Assembly: GCF_026571515.1 (NCBI RefSeq) | Contig: NW_026860350.1 | Coordinates: 124,001 to 188,000, forward strand | Length of the DNA: 64,000 nt | Source: Ruditapes philippinarum | Lineage: Eukaryota | Direction of reading: 5' to 3' | In this document: in pieces, positions 1-13,616 of the stretch | How the letters are laid out: each line of letters starts with the position of its first letter | Position numbering within the stretch: position 1 is the first letter of the stretch | Notes under the pieces: model-generated | What the model was told of the DNA's origin: nothing | Databases searched by the model: none | The model's input: only the letters and a program-made list of their open reading frames with translations | Program-made: the position numbers and the translations under genes

Positions 1-138
1 TTTTTTGTATGACTTAAAAATTGGATCACGTAACGATGTTTCTTCAGAATGATATAAATGACTGAATATTATTATTTTCTTGTTTGCCTTAAGATAAAAC
101 GAGACGGCTGAAATAAATATTAATGTTATCATACTTGC

Positions 139-198
139 CTGAAGCTTATTATAAAAGTGCTCGAATTCTTCCAATTTTTGAAAATTGTAATCAGACAT
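139..198 (-). CDS. Candidate alternative first coding exon of an antisense gene (MSDYNFQKLEEFEHFYNKLQ)
   Basis: ATG, 20 codons, then CAG|GCAAGTAT (consensus GC-type donor); phase 0. Confidence 0.45.
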
Positions 199-1431
199 AT
201 ATATATGATTTAAGGGGAGGTTGACAAGCCCATAAGAATAATAAGTCCATGAAATTTGTAAGGAACATCTGATGCCCCTGAGATGTTGATAGAGATTCAT
301 GTTTCAGTGATAGGGAGGCAATATCTAGAATATTAAAGTAGATATCACAAAAGATTGTCCTCGCAGGGTAGAAAGTTAATGCTTTGGAAATGGAAGGGTA
401 ACAGACTGGCTGCATTATATATACAAAATTCCGACAAAGATCATGGCAAGCGTTCAATTTGGTGACATTCAGTCTTGTTGAGTAGACCTATTAACATTAT
501 AAAATTGTCTGATTTGATTCCATCGATTTTTCCCGTTTAGAGGAAATACAGGTTTATATTGAAATTTCATTTAAGGAAATGGAAATTTGGAATTTGCATT
601 TATAAAAGTTAAAACAAAAAAATTAAGAACGCTTTTATTCCCTGCCCATTTGAATTCTGATAGCATGTGTTCTTTAATGCAAATACGTTTTTTCATAGGA
701 AAAATTGTCACACATTAAATTATAGTGTAGAAATATTAGTGAATTTTACTCCTAAGAAGTGAATAATTGGAAACTAGTAACTTTTTTATAGATTGCTAAA
801 TACACAATAAAGTGACAATATTTGACTAAGAGGTCAGTCATTTTGACAGAGGTACTGTTTGACTATCCAATATTCTATTTTGATTTCTTGGATGGAGGGG
901 GTGAGGGAGTTGGGTTACTTGATTTTTCTGTAAGAAAATGTAAACTGGTTGTAAAACTGAAAATAGAAACAGTGACAGGGTTAGAGAAGAAGACACTAAA
1001 AGCTCAATGAAGATTGAGATATGAGACAAGGAAGCTGTTAATTAAAGGTTCATGGGAGTAAATTCTCCCTTTTTCTCTGACAGCTTACAATCTAATATAT
1101 AAAACTGCAGACATTCTTTATTTGCACATTAATGCTTGAAAGAGCCTGTAGGCAGGATAACATCTGTGTTTTGCATATACATTGATTTATTTATGCTGAA
1201 TAATGTGATGTAATCGAGAAGAGAATAATTTAATTCTAACCTAGTGATTTACATATTTTTTTGCCCTGAAATTCAAATTGCTGTCTTGCTATTATGGGTA
1301 GGCTAAACAAAAGCTATCATTGTATGTGATTTATGTATGTAATGTCTGTAGTGAAGACTTTTATTTTTGCCATATGATATAAGTTCTTGACCTAGTTAAT
1401 TTTCAGTAGGTTTAGGCTGTTTTATAAAGGA

Positions 1432-1790
1432 CTTGTTTTGCTCACAGGCTGCACAAAGTGTCTAGTTTTGCTCTCAGATAGCACAAAATGTATTGTAATG
1501 CTCTCGGGCTGCACAAAGCTTCTTGTTCTGCTCTCGGGCTGCACAAAGTTTCTTGTTCTGCTCTCGGGCTGCACAAAGTTTCTTGTTCTGCTCTCGGGCT
1601 GCACAAAGTTTCTTGTTTTGCTCTCAGGCTGCACAAAGTGTCATGTTTTGCTCTCAAGCAGCACAAAGTGTCTTGTTTCACCTTCAGGTAGCAGAAATGT
1701 CTTGCTTATCTTTCAGGAAGCACAGAGTGTCTTGTTTTAAACTTGGGCAACACAAAATGTCATTTTTGCCCTCTTAGGCTGCGCAGTGTC
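1432..1790. repeat. 30-bp minisatellite (CTCTCGGGCTGCACAAAGTTTCTTGTTCTG)
   Basis: About 11-12 tandem units with a homogeneous core at 1501-1620; explains the overlapping repetitive ORFs. Confidence 0.95.
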
Positions 1791-2482
1791 TGATATTGCT
1801 CTACAAAATTCACAATGCTGAACAAAAGTTGTGTTGGTTTTTTTGTGTGCTTAAATGGAAATGAAATCTTTGCTTGGAGACTTTAAAATCCACATAGGAA
1901 ACATAAATTTTAGGGCAACATCTTTTCCATCTTAAAATGGAGGTTTTATGGTGTTTGTATGAGATATTTTCCACTAATGCATTGTAATACATGTTGTCAG
2001 AGAACTTCAGAGACTCATTATCATGATATCTTGTATGCAAATAGTCTCAACACCTTCATCATAGAATATCTAGATTTGAAATATTTGGCGCATAGTGAAA
2101 AAAAAAGGTTTAGTTGAAATATTTAGATAAAAACTGGCTGTTTTAAATGATAGGAGCAATAATGGTCATTTTGAACTCTTGTTGAACAGACCCTGTATTT
2201 TTTCAGTTATTGCAATTTTATTCAGATTATCACCAATGATAACAATTTCAGCAATTACTACTAAGTACCTTCAATGTTTATTTATACATGATGTTTATGA
2301 TAAACTGTACCTTGTATGTATATATATCAATGAGAGGTGATGGTATAAAACATGAATGTATATATCATAATCTCCTGAATATTTTCTTTAAAAGATTTTT
2401 TTTATCACCTTGAGACTGTGAAGGTCATATGGTGAATAGCTTAACTTGTAAAGAAAATCTGTATGTGCTCTTGTATGAATTA

Positions 2483-2699
2483 CAGTGTAAGAAACGACTA
2501 GGCTGGTCGGACTACCAGATTGGAATATTCACTAGCCCAAAAGACATTTCACTAGCACAATTCATTTGTTCAAAACAGTTGTTTATATTGCCTCTGAAAA
2601 TACAGTAGCCTGGTCGGGCTTGTTACTGTGAAAAGTTGGTAGCCCGAGGAGAAATTTAGCAGTCAGGGGCTATAGGACTACTGCTAATTTCGAACACTG
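2483..2699. mobile_element. Small MITE with CAGTGT...ACACTG termini
   Basis: Imperfect TIRs (cagtgtaagaaa / tttcgaacactg), flanked by direct repeat gaatta; CpG-retaining. Confidence 0.6.
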
Positions 2700-2777
2700 G
2701 AATTATGTCAGGCATGAGTTGGTAATGTTTAAAACCACCAACCTTCCATTAATTAGCTGGACAATTAATTGCTTTAC

Positions 2778-2972
2778 CCAGAATTCATAGTCTCCAATGG
2801 TTTTAAATCCACTGATGGTGTGGAGCATGTAATTCAGTGTGTTAGGGTCAGCTTGTCTGTCACTCAATAAGTCATTAAAGCTACGGTATATGTTCATTGA
2901 ACTATTTTCACTAAATAAAATGATTTCTTCTGCCAAGTTTTGTGAACCTGAGCCATCAATGTAGGTGATCAT
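2778..2972 (-). CDS. Candidate alternative first coding exon (MITYIDGS...GDYEFW)
   Basis: 65 codons to TGG|gtaaag, phase 0. T-rich acceptor (caaaacag|) places the exon start at 3052. Confidence 0.4.
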
Positions 2973-3476
2973 TGTAGTTATTTTAAGTCTTGAAATGTTG
3001 TGAACTAATCAGGTGAGCTGTTTTAAAGTGCTGTTCACTGAGGGATGCTAACCTGTTTTGCAAAAAAAAAGTAAGATGGTTGTTTATTAGTACTATCTCA
3101 GACTGAAGGTAACAAGTCAGGTAACCAGTCTTATCTGATATGATGTAAAAAGGAGGAAAAAAACCCTCAGATTAATTAGTTTAGTAGCATCTGGCATAAT
3201 CATATTAACCTTGTGAAAGATAAAGATCAAAGACACACTCCTATAGAAAATACCTTTAAAAAATCTGATATATCAGAAATTGTTAAACTAAAAACAATAT
3301 TATTACGGGAAGACATTAAGATCCATTTAACAGGTACAGTGAAACTGAAATATTGAAATTTATATTCAAGTTTTTACAATGTGAATTTAAAGATGCCGTT
3401 AATGTACTAAAATTTATATTTTTCTTGTAAGGAACTAAAAACTCAAAAGGTTATTTAAGAAAGATTGTTTGAAACG

Positions 3477-3832
3477 GTATATAGAGGATATTGAATGAGT
3501 GTAAGTTTAATACTGAATTTATTGCACGAGTTGAATAAAATTATTTCATGCGAGCCTCTGGCGAGCATAATATTATTTTATTCGACGAGTTCAATAAATT
3601 CAGTAATGAACTTACACGAATTTAATATTCCATTTATCACATACCTAAAATAAAGAACGTTTAAAGTGAAATAAGAGTCAGTTTTCATTGACGCGCCTAT
3701 AGTATAACGCTACATTTAGCGCGTCTTTACACTATATTTGTATAACGCTAATGACGTCACGTCAAAATATATGCACGGCCGTGCAATACCATATTTACGG
3801 AGTCGCAAAATCGGCACAGGTGTGTGATAAAA
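3477..3832 (+). mobile_element. Dispersed ~360-bp non-autonomous element with internal palindrome, copy 1
   Basis: Highly similar to 55546-55914; internal inverted repeat at about 3500-3617. Confidence 0.85.
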
Positions 3833-6800
3833 GGACATATTAACTATTTTAGCAAACTGTTATTTTGATGATTTGGTGACAATACAGGACAGTAGGGCTG
3901 TTTAAAATGTAGATCAATAGTTGGTGAAGTATAGAGATTGATGGGGTTTTAAAACAGAGAGATATGTGATTGATCTAGAGAATTAATTGGTCTACAGGAC
4001 TGTTCTGGCATTACCTGATCAGGTTTCTATATTCATGTGTCTTTTGAAATGTAATGGTTTTAATATGGAGGGCTTGTCAAAACATCCCTGATACAATGAA
4101 ATTGAATGGTGAGGGCTGGTGACTGCAGTATTGAGGCATAATGATATTACAGAAACTTATCTTGAGGACTGGCTCGATTGCACTGTTGAGGTTATGAAGT
4201 TAAAGAAACTCAGGACTGTTCCAACTCTGATAGCCTATAGAAGGGTAGTGTTGAATATTGTCATTATAATGTTGAACAGGTGATCAGATCTGCTAACCTG
4301 TTCATATGACAATTAAACCATTTTAGTGTTCACTCACTTTTTTCTTAATGCTGATTTCTAAGCTAGGTATGGTCTCAAACAGTAGATAGTAGGCTGGCTA
4401 AACTGTCTAAACATGACTAAATTATTCAGTATATTATAAAAGACTATATTACCTATAGCTTAATGTCAGCTTTATCAGGGTCAGACTATATATCTATTCT
4501 CTTATATTAAAACTATATAAAAAGGTCATATATGCCATAAAGATCTCATATAATGGTCATTTTACAAATTTCATTTATCATATAAAATTTCCATATATCA
4601 CATACAAATTTCATAATATATCATACAAATGTCATAATATCGTATACAAATTTCATAAATAGATTTCATATATCATAATACAATTTTCATATATCATATA
4701 AAAAAAAAGATAAATAGATTTCATATATTATATAAAACTTTCATAATATTATATCGTACCAATTTCATACATCATATCCAGAGTTCATATGATGCCTACA
4801 TGTACATGTTTTATATATCATGTAAAAATTTCTTATGGAACTTGCACATCTGAATTTCACAATCATGTAATATACAAATTTCACCAAACTGTGTCATTCT
4901 TTTTTCAGCCTCGCTTTTATTTTGACACTTCTTAATGTCAACAATTGATAAATGTGTAATTTAGCTGATAGCAAAATATAGTATGGTTAAGTTTCAGCAG
5001 ATTTCTTTTTGAATGGTTTTATTTGATTTACTCAGACACAGACATGCAAACTTAATTTTATTATAACACAAGAGGCTTAATTTCACGTCCCCAGATGGGT
5101 GTCTCCACTTTGATTTATGTTTTAATTTTGTGTACTTTTTGGGCACTTTGTCAAGTTTTGTATGGTACATAGGGAGCATGTTTTGCACATATTGCTGTCA
5201 TAATATATCAATAATATCCAGTGGTAGAGAAACTGTATTCTATTAAATTGCTAGGTATTCAATTTGCCTATCTTAATATCATATGTTTATATAAAATGCC
5301 ATCTGATTGGGAAAAGCCAAGTTTTATTGTAATAGTTACATTTACTTTTCAGCCAACAGCAAATTGATATTTTTGTTTTTATCTGTATAAAAGTTTAAGA
5401 TTTATAGGATAAGGTTTTTTCTATACATTATGCACATGTTGTTTACACAAGGAAAATCTGGAACTTCTTCAGAAAGGTTTGTTTATGCGTTTTGAGAAAC
5501 AGATTTTAAACATGGTAAATGCACCATTTCTGACAAAAGCATGGAATTAAAACAGGTTGCGCCTTTTCCAGTGCAGACAGTACATTATATATAATGTGTA
5601 AATTATAAAGTTTGTGATTAGAAAGTATTAGTTAAACTCATGACACAATGATCATTGTTTTAGTTACATATATGGTTGAAGAACAACCATTTGCTGAATT
5701 TATCATATAAGTAGATTTAGATGTTAGTGTAAAGGTCTTGGCCATTCTACTTCTACAAGGTGATCAAGGCATTACTCACTGGTCAGCAATAAAACACAAC
5801 TTTAAATCTTAAGGAAAAGTGCTTGCTGGCCAACAGACACTACAATCATGGCTTTTGTTTTGGCCAAAATACATGTAGGAATCCGAATGACTCGTGGATT
5901 CAATTGAAAATGATTTAAATGGGGTGTCTGAGAACGAATTGCACATTTGGTTATTCGTTGCAGCCTTTGGTTTATTTGCAGTAGCATAGATTAAATAAAA
6001 TATATGAAGAGGTTGATGCTGGGTTTTGAAGATGACTAAATGTATTGAGATTTAAGTACATTATTTTTCTCTGGCTTTCTGTATGCTTGTAAGCTATGTT
6101 CTGCGGTAAGGAAAATCTAGTCATATATTCAAATATGGCTATAATTGTATTCAGAGATGGTGCTTTATTTTTCTGCATTTTGATATAAACTAATAAAATC
6201 AATTTTTGTATTCAATTTCTTTTGTATAGTGGCAATAAAATTTGCTTTTTATATTTCATAACAGATGTAAGAGATGGCATAAATGAATATTTTATCTTAG
6301 AGTAGGAGATTGGGTGGAAATATGATGGTATATTGAATATATACTAATATTAACGCTAAAAAGGAACTTTGTTCTAATGATTTCAGATCTTATTTCAAGC
6401 ATTTCCATGAAAATCTAGGCATTATTAAGTGATGTCTAATAGTTATATGTTTGTATTTAGGTCAGTAAGATAAGTTATATGAAGGTTACAATGACCTCAA
6501 CTCATTAAGCCTGATGAGGTGATATTTGTTTGTATTTCATTGGAATGAAATATCGAGCATGCCTGATTGTAATATGAATATAAAAAAATTAAAGTTTTAG
6601 TTAGTTAGAGGTCGGGTTAATAGCATTGAAGAGAAAATATTTTCATTATGATTGATTTAAAAAAAACAACACAAGTTTTATGTGTTACAGTAAAATATCA
6701 CAAGGAAAATATGAATTTTATTTCACTAATTAGATTTTCACATGTGTGAAGTATTATAATTATATTTCTTATAAAAAAAAAGTTGTGTGATAATTCAAGC

Positions 6801-7010
6801 TAAACAAATCCTCAACAAAGCTACATTGTTGTATTCATGTTCTCAATAAATACTTAAATTCTTTTTTTCTTTTCTAAAAGTAATACATAACATCAGAATA
6901 GTCTAATCAGAGGTGGTTTTTATAAATAATATGAAAAATATCAGATACATTTACCTAGAAAGTTGAGAAAATAAAATTGAAATCTATGAGTCGACTAATT
7001 CATGAAAAGG

Positions 7011-9027
7011 GTCTGTAAATGAGAGATTAAAATACCAGACTTAGTTTTATTAAGTCTGTAAATGAGAGGTGAAAAAACCAGAGTCAGTTTTATCGAGACT
7101 GTAAATGAGAGGTGAAAATACCAAAATTAGTTTTATTGAGTCCGTAAATGAGAGGTGAAAATACCAGAGTCAGTTTTATCAAGTGTAAATGAGAGGTGAA
7201 AATACCAGAATCAGTTTTATTGAGTCCGTAAATGAGACTCTGGAGAAAATACCAGAATCAGTTTTATAGAGTCTGTAAATGAGAGGTGAAAATACCAGAA
7301 TCAGTTTTATTGAGTCTGTAAATGAGACTCTGAGGTGAAAATACCAGAATCAGTTTTATAGAGTCTGTAATTGAGAGATGAAAATACCAGAATCAGTTTT
7401 ATTGAGTCCATAAATGAGAGGTGAAAATACCAGAATCAGTTTTTAGCTCGACTTTTCTATGAAAAGGGGAGCTATCCTACTCGCCCCGGCGTCGGCGTCG
7501 GCGTTAGCGTTAGCGTTAGCGTTGGCGTCACACCTTGGTTAAGTTTTTCGTACCACCCCACTTTATTTCAGAAGTATTACAAGTATGGCTTTGAAACTTA
7601 CCATACTTGTTCACCATCATAACCTCCATCTACAGACAAGAGTACATAACTCTGTCAAGGTTTTTGACAGAATTATGGCCCTTTTTTGACTTAGAAAGTG
7701 TATTGAGCTTGGTTAAGTTTTTTGTACCACCTCACTTTATTTCAAAACCATTGGAGGTATTGCTTTGAAACTGACCATACTTGTTTACCATCACGACCTT
7801 CATCAACAGACAAGAGGACATAACTCTGTCAAGGTTTTTGACAGAATTATGCCCCTTTTTGACTTAGAAAATACATTGAATATGGGTAAAATCCACTTAT
7901 TGCCTTAACCCTTTGAGATATTGCTTTGAAACTTTTAATGCTATTTCACATCATTACCCCCATCTGTACGCAAGAGAAGGTAACTCTGTCAAGGATTTGT
8001 TTTAAAAATTAAGGCCTTTCATCGACTTAGAATCTTGGTTAAGTTTTTAGTACCAGTCCACTTTTTGACTGAACTGTTTGAGATATTAATTTGAAAGTTG
8101 GAATACTTGTTTACAATCATGATTCCCAAACATGGGCAGGAGAAGGTAATTCTGTTAAGGATTTTATTTGAATTATGGCCCTTTTTGACTTAGAAACTCA
8201 GTTAAGATTTTCATTCTTGTCCACTTGTTGACTTAACCATTTGAGATATTACTTTGGAAGTTGGAGTTCTTATGTGCCATCATGAGACCTATCTGTAAGC
8301 AAGAGAAGATAACTCTGTGAAAATGTTTCTTGATTTGTACTTAGAAATTCCTAGTTAAAGTCTTGTGTGCCCTTAACTGTCAAAGTTTTGTTTTATAGGC
8401 AAGCACTAAAAAAGTCGAGCGCGCTGTCCTTCTGACAGCTCTTGTATAGAGTCTGTAAATGAGAGATGAAAATACCAGAATCAGTTTTATTGAGTCCTTG
8501 AATGAGAGGTGAAAATACCAGAATCAGTTTTATAGTCTGTAAATGAGAGATGAAAATACCAGAATCAGTTTTATTGAGTCCATAAAAATGAGAGGTGAAA
8601 ATACCAGAATCAGTTTTATAGAGTCTGTAATTGAGAGATGAAAATACCAGAATCAGTTTTATTGAGTCCATAAATGAGAGGTGAAAATACCAGAATCAGT
8701 TTTATAGAGTCTGTAAATGAGAGATGAAAATACCAGAATCAGTTTTATTGAGTCCATAAATGAGAGGTGAAAATACCAGAATCAGTTTTATAGTCTGTAA
8801 ATGAGAGGTGAAAATACCAGAATCAGTTTTATTGAGTCCATAAAAATGAGAGGTGAAAATACCAGAATCAGTTTTATAGAGTCTGTAAATGAGAGGTGAA
8901 AATACCAGAATCAGTTTTATAGAGTCTGTAAATGAGAGATGAAAATACCAGAATCAGTTTTATTGAGTCCATAAATGAGAGGTGAAAATACCAGAATCAG
9001 TTTTATAGAGTCTGTAAATGAGAGGTA
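7011..9027. repeat. 43-bp minisatellite (AATACCAGAATCAGTTTTATTGAGTCCATAAATGAGAGGTGAA) split by a 1-kb insertion
   Basis: Tandem units at 7011-7440 and 8446-9027, in the same register across the insert. Confidence 0.95.
7441..8445 (+). mobile_element. Non-autonomous Helentron-like element (HINE / pearl-CvA-type architecture)
   Basis: 5' subterminal gctcgactttt matched by 3' aaaagtcgagc; (GGCGTC/AGCGTT)n microsatellite; about five 160-170 bp internal repeats; 3' hairpin gctgtc-cttct-gacagc; inserted in a T run. Confidence 0.85.
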
Positions 9028-10119
9028 ATGGAAGGTGCAACATCCTCTCAACACACACTAGCACCAGCTATAGCAGTATTCAATATAAACACATATACTA
9101 TAATAGACCAGAAAATTATATCATGAACACAAAAGCCTTCAGTTGAGCTCTGATAATATCTTAATGGGTAAATGGTAACTACAATTAACAAATATATTTA
9201 TACATATATTTATATTTTATTGAGACTTTAATATGTAAATCAATTTTTGTGCAGGGAATGTGGACTTTAATGAGAATTATTCGATTCATTTGAGAATATT
9301 TTGAGATGGATTTATTTCCTCTCTCTCTGCCTTTATTTTTACGAGTGTAACATTAATTTAAAATTTCAGTTTCTTCCATGTCTGTATTCATTTTGTTAGA
9401 ATCTCATATTATTTATTTTTTTGATAATAACAGAGAATTGGTGAAGCAGAGAAAATAAAGACTTTATGTATGTGTCTGAAAATATCCTCAAAATCATTGT
9501 TGTATTCACATCACCGATCTGTAACTCTGTTACTGAAATATCAAGGGATTTTATAATGGTATTCTCAGATCTTTTTTTATCTAAATTTCAATCTTCTGGG
9601 ACAAATATTGAACATATCTGAAACTGACTACATGTAAAGTCACACATATTGTTGATAAGAGATCATACATCAATTTTCAGTGTGATATTTTTTGTTTTCT
9701 CAGTGTTATACTATGGTAATGTATATTGTCAATTAAGGAATGTATATTGTCAATTAAGGATCAAAGCAACATTAAATGTATGCAGCAGTTAGTCCTGGAA
9801 AAATAATACTGTGCCCCATGAGCTATGTTAATTTGAAGTAGATGTAGTAGTCGGATGTAACTATGAACATAGTACCCCTGGTGGTGACAGTAGGGATGGG
9901 GAACAAAGACCTTTAATTTTGGATTTTCATACCATCAAATTGTCTGACTGCGTAGCAAGATTGGGATGGTATCAGATAAGTAATACAGAGGTTGCTGGTT
10001 TGATCCTTGGGTGAGTGACAATTGATCTCGAACATTCAGGTCATTGTCTCTCACTGCAGTTTCAGAAATCATTTGGAATTAGCAGTCAGTGGAGAATTAG
10101 GTCATAATAGGTTATCCAG

Positions 10120-10747
10120 CCCTACTGAAAAATTGACTGTCAATCCCACTGGGATGAGGGTGGGATCCCAGTGGAATTTTAATTGGGATCCCAGTGGGAT
10201 CCACTGGGAAAATTGGTCGGGAGTGGGATCCTGACCAAATTTCCCAGTGGGATCCAACCCTTATCCCAGTGGCAAAAAAAATCATTAAAGTTAATAATAT
10301 ATGGTTTTAAAGTGTATATTATGCATAATTTTCTTATCTTTCTGGATAAAAGAAATTTCCAATGAATATTTTGCAAATGCACCTATTTTTGAATAATCAA
10401 AATTTCGGACATTATCAACTATGACAGAGATTCTTGGACCATGTACATATTTTAGGACCAGAATAATCAAATGATTTCCTTTAACCTTATAGAAGGGACA
10501 ATTCATGAACCCTGTGTGATTCATAAGAAGCTCATCAATTTTCTGGCATTAATCTAATTGATAAGGATGGGATCGCACTGGGAAATCTAAGTGGGATTGA
10601 TATGCCATTTCACTGGGATCCCAGTACCATTATCCCACTGGGATTACTTTACATCCTGCTTATATGATGATATCCCACTGGGATTTGATCATCCTACCAG
10701 GATCCCAGTGGGATCCGGGTCAGATCCCAGTTTGATTTTCTGTAGGG
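10120..10747. mobile_element. Non-autonomous DNA transposon, CCC...GGG termini, CMC/EnSpm-like
   Basis: TIRs ccctactgaaaa / ttttctgtaggg, 2-bp AG duplication, many subterminal CCCACTGGGAT/ATCCCAGTGGG motifs at both ends. Confidence 0.8.
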
Positions 10748-11153
10748 AGGAAAGTCTGTTTGGTGGATCTACCGCTATAGTTTGACCAAAATTTAATAAT
10801 GTGTTACAATTGACAAAAAAGAAACAGAAAAACAAACAAGTATGTGAAATTGTAAAAAAATATGATTATATATGCTCTTGAACTTTTGTGTTGCTTGCAA
10901 TAGTAGTTTTACAAGAAACTTAAGCTTTTGTTGAACTTTCGTGACAACTTGAGATATTTATGATTGCCCTGCAGTCTCAAGATTTTCTTACAATATGAGG
11001 TCTCTATTATAAATTATGACATCTATGCAGAAAAATCTCACTTGTATTGTTAGACAAACAAAGAAGTTTCTATTTTAGTCACGCTTTCATAATTTCCATT
11101 TACAGGGGCAATACTCTTCCACTCGAATGCCAATAACTTGTCTACGATTTCAC

Positions 11154-11249
11154 CATTTTTACAACCCATCTGACTGATTTGTTTTTAAGATGTAAGCTTG
11201 ATGTGGAATAAAATTCTTCAGTAGCAGTAAAAGATCCTGCCATGGACAT
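11154..11249 (-). CDS. Candidate alternative first coding exon (MSMAGSFTATEEF...VVKM)
   Basis: Strong acceptor ttttcctttttaccag| (exon start 11296); weaker donor ATG|gtgaaa; phase 0. Confidence 0.25.
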
Positions 11250-13553
11250 TTCTTCATTTTTATAAGTCTCTTTGTTTTGTAAAGCTATGAAACTATCTGG
11301 TAAAAAGGAAAATGTTGCAGTTCCTTCCAAGTGCCAGTTTTGAAAATAAAATATAGAGGCACTGTAGGTCTGAGATTTTTGTCAGTAAAGCTGAAATTTT
11401 ACCAGTTGACCTTAACTGTGTTGATTTGAGTAGAAAAATCCAAATAAAAGATGTTTTCTTTTTCAAGATAGATATAAAGAAAAACCTCATTGAGATAAAC
11501 ACTGGAGCTATCTGTTATAATGAAGACTTTATGTCTGTTGTTAAAGGATTATTCCACTGATGTTCAGCTTCTACTTGTTTGTTTTGTCTAGTCTATGATG
11601 CCTTATTTGCATAGAATGGTTTTAAACCCTCTCCACCCACACTGTATATGGAAATGAGGTCTGCTACTTATCAATCTAGTTCATAATCTTATAAGGTTAT
11701 AAAAAAATCTAAAAGTCAACATAAAATCTTGATTTGTATACTTTTTAGTCTAAATTTGCAATTAAAAGAAATGAACTATTTCAGCTGGTAGATTTGGTTT
11801 TGCTAATAAAGGTCGGCATACAAATATGGAGATGTTTTTAGCTTTTTTAATTGCGGAAGAGCCTGCCCCATCCCAAAGTGTCCGTCCTTCCATGCAGTAT
11901 TTCATGCATGTGAACTTTCGAACTTTATCTAAGATAAGTAAAGATGGATTAATCAAATGAAAGAATTAAAATAGTCAAAGAAATCTAATAAACAATACTT
12001 GATGCAACCGCAACCTCAGCAACTCCCCCACATCATTTGAAGCCAGTCTCTCATTTCTCACAAACAGCTTACCCTTTACCCTCTCAGACTTTATCAAAAT
12101 ATTCTCATCATTTGAATGTCTTTTATTATCTCTAGATAGTGTAATGAATTACATCAAATAGTTTATTTGTTTGACATTTTAACATATCTATAGTGTTGTG
12201 AAATCATATTATGTTGCTGTGAAAGTCCATTTCATAATTATTGATTGCTTGTTTATACAGACAAAGTTGCCTGGCTTGGATTAGGGATGTCATTTTTAGA
12301 CATTTCTCCTTTTATCAATGTTGACACGGGGATGCATCTTGTCTTGGGAAATAAGAAATTTCAAATGCCAAATGACGCAGTCTGCAAGTGAAGATTTTTT
12401 TTTGCTAAGGCAGTATACACAATTATAAATCTCTTGTCTTCCTACCTTAATATGTGGAGAATATATATTAATTAAAAGAAAATGAAAATATAGTAGTTAT
12501 ACTGTAGTGAATTTGTAAAAACACAAATGCTCATAATTTCCCATTTTATATTTATATATAAATACAGTATGTATTTGATTGTATATGACAATTGGTTGGC
12601 ACTTTTTATGCTGGAAGGCCATTATTTTCTATATTTGGTGCAGTTTACTTCATATTTTCCCAGTGGTTTGGCTCTGGTAGCCAAAATAATTGAGCAATTT
12701 ATTCCATTTCGTTAAATGTCAGCTTGGTTATTTGTCCGAGTTTAACTTGATCTAGAAATATTGTTCTCACCAGAAAACCTAATTACCACTCGGTGTTATG
12801 AAAAGCGTTTTGAGTGAGGAATTGATTCTTTGTTGTATATATTACTACTTAAAATGCGGGTGATTGAGGGGAACCTGTCTCGTTCTGACATGTACATAAT
12901 GTAGCAGAAGAGTACAAGAACCTTCAAACAGAATAACCAGCTAGATTAATTCTATTGATCTATGATAGAAGCTAAAGAATGTCAGAATGTTGGCGCACAT
13001 CATTTTTTGTTCTCAAATTGGCACCAATTGCCTCTTGTAGCTCCGAAATAACAAGTATAATTTATATGGCCTGTAATTTGTTTTAGATTGTCTCCCTTTG
13101 AAGTCAATTTTAGTACTTGTGGAGTTGTCCACTCTTGATTGTTTATATGCTATCTTCCTAATTTACTTTGGCTAAAAGGTAGAATGCAGAAGAAATTGTA
13201 GAAAAAGTCTTGCATTAAATGATATTCAATTTGTATTGAGAAATTCTTATGAAAAACATGTATTATATAAAGGTCCTGGCTAGGAAAAGAGTTTTGACTT
13301 AATGAATGAATAAGAGACTTTTAAAGGTATAGAATGAATGATTACACATGTGTTATGAAATCATGTACATGCATTATTTTGAACACAAAAATAATTATAA
13401 GTATTTAAATTAATAAAAAGGATTAAGGAGGTGAAACACACAAAGTGGGCCAGGTTTCAGTATATTAATTTGGCCATTCAATTTCCTTTATAAAGGTGTA
13501 TAATAATTTATCGGGCAGTTCTTTAACAATGTCATTTTGTTTTCTATTTTCAG

Positions 13554-13616
13554 AATTATGATACAAGTGAATCTAAACTACGTAGAGAATTTGAAGTATA
13601 TGGACCTATACGAAAA
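13554..13616 (+). CDS. SNRNP70: U1 snRNP 70 kDa, RRM exon ([21 protein letters not shown])
   Basis: ttttcag acceptor and gtaagt donor; 63 nt, phase 0/0. Peptide is nearly identical to the U1-70K RRM segment [20 protein letters not shown]. Upstream exons are not in the window. Confidence 0.97.

Noticed and set aside
2703-2972. YIDGS as an RNase H motif
   Set aside because: The other RNase H catalytic motifs and any retroelement context are missing.
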